Below are positions 35,683 through 44,137 of a stretch of DNA of 56,476 bases, one piece after another (position 1 is the stretch's first letter; every line of letters starts with the position of its first letter). The notes under the pieces were generated by a model. The model did no database searches, was not told the DNA's origin, and saw nothing but the letters and a program-made list of their open reading frames with translations. The DNA is from an uncultured Thermoleophilaceae bacterium (lineage in GTDB: Bacteria; Actinomycetota; Thermoleophilia; Solirubrobacterales; JACPNS01). A program made the position numbers and the translations under genes. Location of the stretch: contig CAZRAA010000002.1 of the NCBI GenBank assembly GCA_964597975.1, positions 12,156 through 68,631 of the forward strand, written 5' to 3'.

Positions 35683-36774
35683 TCACGCAGTCGCACGCGC
35701 CGCAGAGAGCGCCGCAACGACCGCCTGCACATCTTCCTCGCGCAGCGTCGGACTCATCGGCAGCGCGAGGTTGCGCGCGGAGGCGAGATCCGTGACCGGC
35801 AGATCCGCGTCCTGCTCGGTCGCCGGCTGACGGTGGATCGGCGTGCGGTAGTAGCCGCGCGCCTCGACGCCGGCCTCGGCCAACTGCGCCGCGACTGCGT
35901 CGGGCTCATCGAGCTGCACCACATAAAGGTGGTAGACCGACTCGGCGCCCTCGATGACAACTTGCGGCGCGGCCAGCTCGGCAATACCCGCGGCGGCGTA
36001 GGCGGCAGCCGCCTCCTGGCGACCCGCATTCCAGCGGTCGATCTGCGGCAGCAGCACGCGCAGCAGCGCTGCCTGCATCGCGTCGAGTCGCGAGTTGTAG
36101 CCGACCAGCGTGTGTAGCTGCTTGTTGGTTGTGCCGTGGTGACGCAGCAATCGGGCGGTCTCGGCGATCTCAGCGCTCCCGGTCGTGATGATCCCGGCAT
36201 CGCCGAAGGCACCGAGGTTCTTCGACGGGAAGAAGCTGAAGGTCGCAACGTCGCCAAGCGCCCCCGCGCGCACGCCGTGCAGCGTCGCGCCGACCGCCTG
36301 CGCGGCATCCTCGACGATCTTGAAGCCGTGCTCGTCGGCCAGCGGCCGCAGCGCTCCGACCGGCGCGGGCAATCCGAACAGGTGCACGGCGATCACGGCC
36401 GTCGTGTTCTCGGTGATCGCTGCAGCGACGGTCTCCGCGGTGACGTTCATCGTCTCGGGGTCGATGTCGCAGTAGACGACGTTGGCGCCGATCGTCAGCG
36501 CCGCCTCGGCGCTCGCATAGAAGGTGAATGACGGCACGACGACATCGTCGCCCGGCTGCACGCCGGCTGCGCGCAAAGCAATCGAGAGCGCGTCCGTGCC
36601 ATTGCCGACGCCGATCGCGTGGTCGACGCCGACGTACTCGGCGAACTCGGCCTCGAACGCGGCGACCTCCGGGCCGAGGATGTAGCGGCCGCTGTCCATC
36701 ACGCGCGCGATGGCGGCGTCGAGCTCGGGGCGCAGGCCCTCGAGTTGGGAGGCGGTGTCAAACAGCGGAATCAT
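35683..36774 (-). CDS. DegT/DnrJ/EryC1/StrS sugar aminotransferase
   Basis: NGTDAL, VHLFG, VEDAAQA, FSFFPSKNLGAFGDAG and GYNSRLD motifs. Confidence 0.93.
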   Translation of the reverse strand: MIPLFDTASQLEGLRPELDAAIARVMDSGRYILGPEVAAFEAEFAEYVGVDHAIGVGNGTDALSIALRAAGVQPGDDVVVPSFTFYASAEAALTIGANVVYCDIDPETMNVTAETVAAAITENTTAVIAVHLFGLPAPVGALRPLADEHGFKIVEDAAQAVGATLHGVRAGALGDVATFSFFPSKNLGAFGDAGIITTGSAEIAETARLLRHHGTTNKQLHTLVGYNSRLDAMQAALLRVLLPQIDRWNAGRQEAAAAYAAAGIAELAAPQVVIEGAESVYHLYVVQLDEPDAVAAQLAEAGVEARGYYRTPIHRQPATEQDADLPVTDLASARNLALPMSPTLREEDVQAVVAALSAARATA

Positions 36775-37412
36775 CAATCTGTTTCTCTCAGCCGGACGTA
36801 CGTGATCCGCGCCAAGAAGACGATGATCGCAAACAGCACGACGGTCGAAAACAGCTCGGCGTACTGCTCGACGATCTCCCAGCGCTCGCCGAGTTGGTAC
36901 CCGGCTCCGATCAGCACCGAATTCCAGACGAGCGCGCCGGCGAAAGTCAGCGGAATGAAGCGCACGAGCGGCATGCGCTCAACGCCGGCCGGCAGCGAGA
37001 CCAGGCTGCGGAAGATCGGCAGCATGCGGCCGAAGAACACCGCCAGCTGGCCGTGCCGAGCAAACCATTCCATCGTGCGATCGATGTCGGAGACCTTGGC
37101 CAGCGGCATCCGCTCGGCGATCGCGCGGGTGCGCTCGAGTCCGACCACCGCGCCTGCCCAGTAGAGCACCAGAGCCCCCACGAGAGATCCGAGCGAACTC
37201 CATCCGATCGCCCCGATCAGCGAGAATGCAGCATCCGGGCTGCTCGCCGTGAACCCGGCAAGCGGCAGCACGAGTTCGCTGGGGATCGGCGGGAAGACGT
37301 TCTCGAGAGCGATCGCCAGCGCCAGGCCGACGCCGCCGAGCTCGTTCATCAGATCCACGAGGAATCCGGTGACTCCACCGAGTTGATTGGGGTCTGTGAT
37401 CGCGTGCAGCAA
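36774..37412 (-). CDS. DedA family membrane protein
   Basis: LENVFPPIPSELVLPLAGF, FFGRMLPIFRSLVSLPAG. Probable TTG start at 37412. Confidence 0.9.
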   Translation of the reverse strand: MLHAITDPNQLGGVTGFLVDLMNELGGVGLALAIALENVFPPIPSELVLPLAGFTASSPDAAFSLIGAIGWSSLGSLVGALVLYWAGAVVGLERTRAIAERMPLAKVSDIDRTMEWFARHGQLAVFFGRMLPIFRSLVSLPAGVERMPLVRFIPLTFAGALVWNSVLIGAGYQLGERWEIVEQYAELFSTVVLFAIIVFLARITYVRLRETD

Positions 37413-37441
37413 GGCGCACAAGATGCCATACTCGCGCGCCG

Positions 37442-38137
37442 ATGTACGCATACCTGCAAGTGCAAGCGGCCTCGATCACCGAGCCGATCGTCAACTTCGC
37501 CGTTGACGTCACCGAGAAACTCGGCCTCTGGGGCATCTTCATCCTGATGGTGCCCGAGAGCGCGCTGATTCCGATTCCCAGCGAGGCGACGATGCTGTTC
37601 GCCGGCTTCAACGTCTCGGAGGGCACCTATCCGTTCTGGGCGGCGGTACTGGTCGGCTCGGTCGCAAACGTCGTCGGCTCCTGGATCGCCTACGCGATCG
37701 GCTACTACGGCCGCATGGACCTGATCGAGAAGCACGGCCACAAGTTGCACATCAAGCCTTCCCACCTGCAGTGGACCGACCAGTGGTTCGAGCGCCACGG
37801 AAACGCGACCGTCTTCTGGGCGCGCATGATGCCGATCGTGCGCACCTTCATCTCACTGCCGGCCGGCGTCGCGCGGATGCCGTTCTGGAAGTTCACGCTC
37901 TACACGTTCGCCGGCTGCGTTCCGTGGATGATGCTGCTGACCGGGATCGGCTACTACGCCGGAGAGAACTGGGAGCAGTGGAAGGACTACCTCCACTACA
38001 TCGACTACGCCGTCGCGCTTGTGATCGTCGGCTCTGCGGTTTGGCTGTTCATGCGCTGGCGCAAGAATCGCAACGACGGATCGCCTGAAGTCGAAGCCGC
38101 GGTCCAGGCGGTCAACGAGGACAACCCGGACATCTAG
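37442..38137 (+). CDS. DedA family membrane protein
   Basis: ESALIPIPSEATMLFAG, WARMMPIVRTFISLPAG. Confidence 0.92.
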   Translation: MYAYLQVQAASITEPIVNFAVDVTEKLGLWGIFILMVPESALIPIPSEATMLFAGFNVSEGTYPFWAAVLVGSVANVVGSWIAYAIGYYGRMDLIEKHGHKLHIKPSHLQWTDQWFERHGNATVFWARMMPIVRTFISLPAGVARMPFWKFTLYTFAGCVPWMMLLTGIGYYAGENWEQWKDYLHYIDYAVALVIVGSAVWLFMRWRKNRNDGSPEVEAAVQAVNEDNPDI

Positions 38138-38146
38138 GCTCGCGGC

Positions 38147-38974
38147 ATGAGCGAGCCCGCCGCAAAGCTCCCGGTGCTCGAGGCGCTGGCCTACGGCGTG
38201 ATCCAGGGTCCGACCGAGCTGCTGCCGATCTCAAGCTCCGGCCACCTAGTGCTTGCGCCGCACCTGCTTGGCAGCGACTACGTCGACCTTGATCCTGCGC
38301 TGCGCAAAACGTTTGAGGTGGCGCTGCACGCCGGCACCGCAGCAGCGCTGGTGATCGTGCTGCGCGACGAGGTGCTCGAGGCCGTGCGCGAGGTCGACGG
38401 ACGGCGCATCGGAATGGTGGTGAGCTCGATGGCGCCCGCCGCTGTTGCCGCGCTCGGGCTGGAGAAGGTGATCGAGGAGAAACTCAGCCGCCCGGAGATC
38501 GTCGTCGTTGGTCTTGTTGCCGGTTCGGCCGCGATGGCCTGGGCCGACGGGCTCGCCGGGACGCGTGAGCGCGCCGATGCCGACTGGCGTGACGGGCTGG
38601 CGCTCGGCTTTGCGCAGGCGGTGGCGCTGATCCCGGGGGTCTCGCGCAGCGGCTCGACGATCGTGGCAGCGCGTGCCCGCGGGTTTGATCCGCTGAGCGC
38701 GACGGAACTATCGATGCATGTTGCGCTGCCGGTGATCGCCGGGGCCACTGCACTCAAAGCTGCGCGTGCTCGACAACAGGGCCTGCCGCGCGAGTTGCGT
38801 GCGCCACTGGCCGCGGGAGTTGCCGGAGCGTTCGTCAGCTCGCTCTTGAGCGCGCGGCTACTCGCAAGCAAAAACCGCGGCAGGGGTCTGATGAAGTACG
38901 TGATCTACCGGCTGGCGCTAGCGGCCGGGGTCACGCTGTTCGCTCGTCGCCGTCGTCTAGATTCAGCGCAGTGA
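38147..38974 (+). CDS. uppP: Undecaprenyl-diphosphate phosphatase (BacA/UppP)
   Basis: QGPTELLPISSSGHL and ALIPGVSRSGST signature motifs. Confidence 0.93.
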   Translation: MSEPAAKLPVLEALAYGVIQGPTELLPISSSGHLVLAPHLLGSDYVDLDPALRKTFEVALHAGTAAALVIVLRDEVLEAVREVDGRRIGMVVSSMAPAAVAALGLEKVIEEKLSRPEIVVVGLVAGSAAMAWADGLAGTRERADADWRDGLALGFAQAVALIPGVSRSGSTIVAARARGFDPLSATELSMHVALPVIAGATALKAARARQQGLPRELRAPLAAGVAGAFVSSLLSARLLASKNRGRGLMKYVIYRLALAAGVTLFARRRRLDSAQ

Positions 38975-40053
38975 GCGAGCAGGACGCATACGCGCAGGCG
39001 GGCGTTAGTACCACCGAGGCCGAGTCGGCCACTGGTGCGCTTGTCTCGATCCTGGGCACGATCGACCCCGGGCGCGAATCGCTCCAACAACTCAGGAACG
39101 GCCACTACGCCAACGTCCTGAAAGTCGCCGAGAACCTCGGTATCGCGATCAGCACCGACGGCGTAGGCAGCAAGGTGATCGTCGCCGAGCAGATGGGCAA
39201 GTTCGACACGGTCGGCATCGACTGCATGGCGATGTCCGTCAACGACTTGATCTGCGTCGGCGCGACTCCGATCGCGCTGGTCGACTACATCGCGGTCGAG
39301 AAGGCCGACGCCGACATGCTCGGCCAGATCGCCACCGGCTTGAAAGTCGGCGCCGAGGCGGCGGGCGTGGAGATCCCTGGCGGAGAGCTCGCGCAACTCC
39401 CAGAACTGATCAAGGGTCACCCGAGCCCCAGCGGCTTCGACCTCGTAGGCGCCGCGTTCGGAACGATCGCGCTCGATCAGATCGTTGAGGGCGACAAGAT
39501 CTCGGCCGGCGACGTGATCATCGGTCTGCCCAGCAGCGGGATTCATTCGAACGGCCTCACACTTGCACGAAAAGCGCTGATCGAAGATGCCGGCTATGCG
39601 CTGACCGACACTCCGGACGAACTCGGCGGCAAGTCCGTCGGCGAGGAATTGCTCACCCCGACCGAGATCTACGTGAAGCCGATCCTCGAGTTGCTGAAGA
39701 GCCCCGTCGAGGTCCGCGGCCTCGCGCACCTCACAAGTGGCGGCGTGCTCAATCTGCTGCGCCTCAACAAGAACGTCGGCTACGTCTTCGAGACGCCGCT
39801 CAAGCCACACCCCGTCTTCAACATGATCCAGAAGGCGGCAAGCGTCCCCGACGCCGAGATGGCCGAAGTCTTCAACATGGGTTGCGGCTTCTGTGTCGTC
39901 GTGCCCCCTGAGCACGCCGACGCCGCAGACAGCCTTTTGCGCACGCGCTACGACGGCGCGCATCTGATCGGGCATGTCACCGACGAAGCTGGCCAGGTAG
40001 CCGTGACGCCGCTCGGGCTCGTCGGCGACAAGCACGGCCTTCGCCCCGCCTGA
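38971..40053 (+). CDS. purM: Phosphoribosylformylglycinamidine cyclo-ligase (AIR synthetase)
   Basis: YAQAGV, STDGVGSK, GIDC.AM.VND, GGE.A, SSGIHSNG, LLTPTEIY, VFNMG motifs. Confidence 0.93.
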   Translation: MSEQDAYAQAGVSTTEAESATGALVSILGTIDPGRESLQQLRNGHYANVLKVAENLGIAISTDGVGSKVIVAEQMGKFDTVGIDCMAMSVNDLICVGATPIALVDYIAVEKADADMLGQIATGLKVGAEAAGVEIPGGELAQLPELIKGHPSPSGFDLVGAAFGTIALDQIVEGDKISAGDVIIGLPSSGIHSNGLTLARKALIEDAGYALTDTPDELGGKSVGEELLTPTEIYVKPILELLKSPVEVRGLAHLTSGGVLNLLRLNKNVGYVFETPLKPHPVFNMIQKAASVPDAEMAEVFNMGCGFCVVVPPEHADAADSLLRTRYDGAHLIGHVTDEAGQVAVTPLGLVGDKHGLRPA

Positions 40054-40159
40054 TCACCCACGCGCAACTTCCGCCCGTCAGCGTAGGTTTGGACAATTGA
40101 TTGCCGATCGCGCTGCAATTAGGGCAAACCGCGAGCAATCGGCGTAACTTCTCTTCACG

Positions 40160-41680
40160 ATGGCGATATCGGCTACACAGGATGGGCCCGAGCTCGTAGG
40201 CGAGATCGTCGGCGAGCGCTATCGAATCGAGGAAGTCGTCGGCGCCGGCGGGATGGCGACCGTCTACAAGGCCTTCGACCAGACGCTCGAGCGCCCGGTC
40301 GCGGTCAAGGTGATGCGGCGCGAAGTCGTCAAGGAAGCCGACCAGCTCGAGCGTTTTCGCCGCGAGGCGCGCGCAGCCGCGAAGCTAAGTCACGCCCACA
40401 TCGTCACGGTGATCGACGCCGGCGAAGAGAACTCGCGGCCCTACATCGTCTTTGAGTACGTTCCGGGCGAAACACTCAAGCAGCGCATCAAGAGCGAGGG
40501 TCCGCTGCCGATCCCGGAGGCGATTGCCTATGCGATCGAGATCGGCAGCGCGCTGGTGGCCGCGCATGCGGCCGGCCTCGTGCACCGCGATGTCAAACCG
40601 CAGAACGTCTTGCTCGATCCCCACGGTCACGCCAAGGTCGCCGACTTCGGTATCGCCCGCGAACTCGACGCGAGCGATGGTCTCACCAAGACCGGCCGCG
40701 TGCTGGGCACCACCGACTACGTCAGCCCCGAGCAGGCGATGGGCGAAGACGTCACCGGCCAGAGCGATGTCTACTCGCTGGGGATCGTGCTCTACGAGAT
40801 GCTCGCCGGCGACGTTCCCTTCAAGGGCGAGAACCACGTCGCCGTCGCGATGAAGCACGTCAAGGATCAACTCCCGGACATCCAGGAAACCCGGCCCGAA
40901 GTCTCCAATGCGCTTGCCGCCGTAATCGAGAAGATGACGGCCAAGGAGCCGGTCGATCGCTACCTCACCGCGGCCTCGGCGGTCTCGGACCTTGAGGACG
41001 TGCTGGCGATGGAGTCGGCCCGCGCCGGAGGGATCACTGGCGAGGCGACGATCGTCTTCGATTCGCTGCCCAAGCGGTCGCGTCGCCTTGCGCCTGAAGG
41101 CGTCTCCCACCCCACCCGTACCCGGGTTGCCTGGCTCGTCGCGGCGCTCGCGGCAGTCGGCATCGTGCTGCTGCTGGTCAGTCAACTCGAGCGCGGCACC
41201 GGCGGAGAGACACCCGGCTCGACATCCGCCTCCGGATCGGTGATCCGCTTCAAGTCAACCGGGAGCTTTGACCCGTTCTCAACCGGCGGTGGCTTTGAGG
41301 AGCACAACGAAGAGGCGCACAACGCCAACGACGGCAATCCCCAGACCGACTGGACGACCGAGCAGTACCAGGGCGGCGTGCTCGGCAAGCCCGGCGTCGG
41401 CCTATGGGGACGCACCTACGTACCGGCGACGGCCGCAACCGCGACGATTCGAACCCCCAACAGCTCGCTCGGCGTGACGTTCTACGGGGCCAAGAGCCTG
41501 CCGAAGGATCTCGCCGGGTGGACGCTCCTGGGCGACGCCTCGGGCAACGTCAATGGCAAGCGCATCCCGCTCAAGAAGGTGCCGGGCCTGCGCTACTACA
41601 TGGTGTGGATAACGGCCCTGCCACCGGTCGTCAACGGCCGAAGCCAGGCACGCATCTCCGAGTTCATCGTCCGCCGGTAG
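40160..41680 (+). CDS. Transmembrane Ser/Thr protein kinase with an extracellular beta-sandwich (discoidin-like) domain
   Basis: GAGGMA, VAVK, HRDVKPQN, DFGIA, SPE; one TM; C-terminal FDP...DGNPQTDWTTE.Y. Confidence 0.9.
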   Translation: MAISATQDGPELVGEIVGERYRIEEVVGAGGMATVYKAFDQTLERPVAVKVMRREVVKEADQLERFRREARAAAKLSHAHIVTVIDAGEENSRPYIVFEYVPGETLKQRIKSEGPLPIPEAIAYAIEIGSALVAAHAAGLVHRDVKPQNVLLDPHGHAKVADFGIARELDASDGLTKTGRVLGTTDYVSPEQAMGEDVTGQSDVYSLGIVLYEMLAGDVPFKGENHVAVAMKHVKDQLPDIQETRPEVSNALAAVIEKMTAKEPVDRYLTAASAVSDLEDVLAMESARAGGITGEATIVFDSLPKRSRRLAPEGVSHPTRTRVAWLVAALAAVGIVLLLVSQLERGTGGETPGSTSASGSVIRFKSTGSFDPFSTGGGFEEHNEEAHNANDGNPQTDWTTEQYQGGVLGKPGVGLWGRTYVPATAATATIRTPNSSLGVTFYGAKSLPKDLAGWTLLGDASGNVNGKRIPLKKVPGLRYYMVWITALPPVVNGRSQARISEFIVRR

Positions 41681-41802
41681 GCGGCTAGGCAAGTTGAAGT
41701 GCGCGTTAAGCGCACCCGGGGAATCGACTGCTGGGCGGCGAATCCCGTTATCTTCAACACACTTTTAGGGGAATCAACGATCTTCCAAGGGGATATCTGA
41801 AC

Positions 41803-42588
41803 GTGAGTTCGCGTAAGGAGCAGAAGGAGCAGGCGCGCGCCGCGCGCGAGGCCAAAGAGCAGGAGATGGCAGCGTCGGCAGCCAAGAAGCGCCGACTCTC
41901 GATCATTGGCGGGATCATTGGCCTTGCGCTGATCGCCGCGGTCGTCGCGGTTGTGGTCAGCTCGAGTGGATCCTCTGGCACGAGCGATTCATCTGACGCC
42001 GCAGAGGTCAACGCGCGCTACGAAGGGATCCCCCAGAAGGGCGTCGTGCTGGGCGAGCCGGCCGCCAAGGCCACGATCGTCGAGTTTGCGGACCTTCGCT
42101 GCCCGTTCTGCAAGGACTTCGAAGAGGGCAGCATGCCGACAATTGTCGACGAGCTGATCAAGACCGGCAAGGCGAAGTTCATCTTCCGCAACCTGACGAT
42201 CCTCGACCAGGCAAGCCCCTCGGGCGAAGACTCCACCAACGCGGCCACATACGCGGCCGCGACCAGCCTGCAGAACAAGATGTTCCCGTTCATCAACCTC
42301 TTCTACCTCAACCAGGGTCAGGAGAACCAGGACTACGTCACCGAGGACTTCCTGCTGGGGCTGGCCAACCAGGTCACTGGTCTGAACGGCCAAGAGGCAT
42401 GGGACAACCGCAGCAACCCGAAGGTCGGCAACGAGCTGACCGCCGCTTCAGACCAGGCCAACGAGCTCGGCGTGACCGGTACGCCGACGATCTATGTCGG
42501 CAAGGATGAGAAGTCGCTGCGCAAGATCACGGTCGACGACCTGGCCGATCCGCAAGCGATCATCGACGCGGTCGAAGCGCTGCAGTAG
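41803..42588 (+). CDS. dsbA: Membrane-anchored DsbA-family thiol:disulfide oxidoreductase
   Basis: N-terminal TM, CPFC active site, GTPT cis-Pro loop. Confidence 0.88.
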   Translation: MSSRKEQKEQARAAREAKEQEMAASAAKKRRLSIIGGIIGLALIAAVVAVVVSSSGSSGTSDSSDAAEVNARYEGIPQKGVVLGEPAAKATIVEFADLRCPFCKDFEEGSMPTIVDELIKTGKAKFIFRNLTILDQASPSGEDSTNAATYAAATSLQNKMFPFINLFYLNQGQENQDYVTEDFLLGLANQVTGLNGQEAWDNRSNPKVGNELTAASDQANELGVTGTPTIYVGKDEKSLRKITVDDLADPQAIIDAVEALQ

Positions 42589-42595
42589 GGACCAG

Positions 42596-43048
42596 ATGAA
42601 GGCCGACCGTCGCCTCGGGATCGCGATCGCCGCGATCTGCGTGCTGGGACTCTGCGTCGCCGGTTACCTCAGCTACACCAAGCTGTTCGGGACCACGGTG
42701 CAGTGCGTATCCGGCCACGGTTGTCAGATCGTGCAGAAGTCGAAGTACGCCGAATTCGTTGGGATCCCGGTGCCCTACATCGGGTTCCTCGGGTGGATCG
42801 GCGTGCTCGCGACCCTGCTGATCCCAGGCGACATCGGACGCGGCGTGACTGCGCTTTTCACGGTCTTCGGCTTCTTCTTCACGCTGTACCTGACCTACCT
42901 TGAGATCTGGGTGATCGAGGCGATCTGTCAGTGGTGCGTCGCCAACGGCGTGCTGATGACGATCGCGGCGGTGCTGGCCGTGTGGAGGCTTGTGATCTAC
43001 ACGCCGCCGGGGCTGATGCCGGCGACCGCCGACGATCAGAACGAGTAG
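42596..43048 (+). CDS. Vitamin K epoxide reductase (VKOR) family protein
   Basis: Loop Cys pair CVSGHGC plus ICQWC; four TMs; directly follows dsbA. Confidence 0.9.
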   Translation: MKADRRLGIAIAAICVLGLCVAGYLSYTKLFGTTVQCVSGHGCQIVQKSKYAEFVGIPVPYIGFLGWIGVLATLLIPGDIGRGVTALFTVFGFFFTLYLTYLEIWVIEAICQWCVANGVLMTIAAVLAVWRLVIYTPPGLMPATADDQNE

Positions 43049-44091
43049 CCGCGCTCGGTCCGGAAGCGCTCGACCGCGAGGTCGAGCAGGCGTTCGAGCA
43101 GTTCGCCATAAGGCAGGCCGCTGACTTCGAAGAGCTTGGCGTAAACACTGGTGCTGGTAAATCCCGGGATCGTGTTGATCTCGTTGACCAGCACGACTGG
43201 CGTGCCGGAATCGTCCTGCTCGACGAAGAAGTCGACGCGTGCCATGCCGGCACAGCCGGCCAGCTTGAAGACGCGGGCCGCCGCGCTCGCGAGTTCGATC
43301 TCCAGCGCCTCGTCGATCGGGGCGGGTGCGATCAGCTTCATCCCGCCCGCTTCGTACTTGGCGTCGAAGTCGTACCAGTCGTTTTCAAACTCGAGTTTGC
43401 CGGGTTGTGAGAGTTCGAGTTCTTGGTTGCCGAGCACGGAGATCTCGATCTCATCTCCACTCGAACCCGCTTCGACGATCACGCGCGGGTCGAACTTCAG
43501 CGCTTCATCGATTGCAGAGGCCAGCTGGCTCTGATCCGTGACCCGCGAGATTCCAACTGACGATCCAAGCCGCGCAGGCTTCACGAAACAAGGAAAGCCG
43601 AGCGCGATCGTCTCCTCAAGCAGCCGCGCGCGTCTGTTTTCATCGCCGTGCCAATCGCCGGCGAGGATCGCTTGGTAGCGAACCTGCGGGATTCCTGCGC
43701 GACCGGCGACCTCTTTGAAGAGCAGCTTGTCCAGGCAGACGGCAGAGGCGGCGACGCCGGATCCGACGTAGGGGATCTCCAGCGAGTCGAGCGTGCCCTG
43801 GATCACCCCGTCCTCGCCGAAGGGACCGTGCAGCGCCGGGAAGACGACGTCGGCGCCGAGCAGGCCCTCGCCGGGAGTGATCGCGAGCGGCTCGCCGGTG
43901 GGCATTTCTTCCGGGCCAAAGCGCACGACTTGAAACCAGCGGCCGTCACGCCCGATCTCGACGCGCACGACGTCGTGGCCTTGTCCGTGGAGGCCCTTGG
44001 CTACGGCCTCACCGGAGGCGAGCGAAACCTCGCGTTCACTGGAGCGACCGCCGGCCAGCAGGACGACGCGCTTGCGTTCGGGGGATGCCAT
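43036..44091 (-). CDS. ddl: D-alanine--D-alanine ligase
   Basis: GGRSSEREVS, LHGPFGEDG, KPARLGSSVGI, YDFDAKY, NEINTIPGFT motifs. Confidence 0.95.
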   Translation of the reverse strand: MASPERKRVVLLAGGRSSEREVSLASGEAVAKGLHGQGHDVVRVEIGRDGRWFQVVRFGPEEMPTGEPLAITPGEGLLGADVVFPALHGPFGEDGVIQGTLDSLEIPYVGSGVAASAVCLDKLLFKEVAGRAGIPQVRYQAILAGDWHGDENRRARLLEETIALGFPCFVKPARLGSSVGISRVTDQSQLASAIDEALKFDPRVIVEAGSSGDEIEISVLGNQELELSQPGKLEFENDWYDFDAKYEAGGMKLIAPAPIDEALEIELASAAARVFKLAGCAGMARVDFFVEQDDSGTPVVLVNEINTIPGFTSTSVYAKLFEVSGLPYGELLERLLDLAVERFRTERGYSF

Positions 44092-44137
44092 GCGCGGACA
44101 TTAATGGCTGGCGAGTGGCAGTTGGTTGTACGGGCGT

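Noticed and set aside
40119..40150. AGGGCAAACC...GCAA resembling the start of a c-di-GMP-I riboswitch
   Set aside because: Lacks the downstream GACGCAAAG segment and second stem. The putative stem is weak and a -10 box plus start codon follow immediately.
43036..44091. ddl as a D-Ala-D-Lac (vancomycin resistance) ligase because of the Phe in YDFDAKY
   Set aside because: The specificity-linked Tyr after the Lys (E. coli Y216 equivalent) is retained, and no vanH/vanX genes are nearby.
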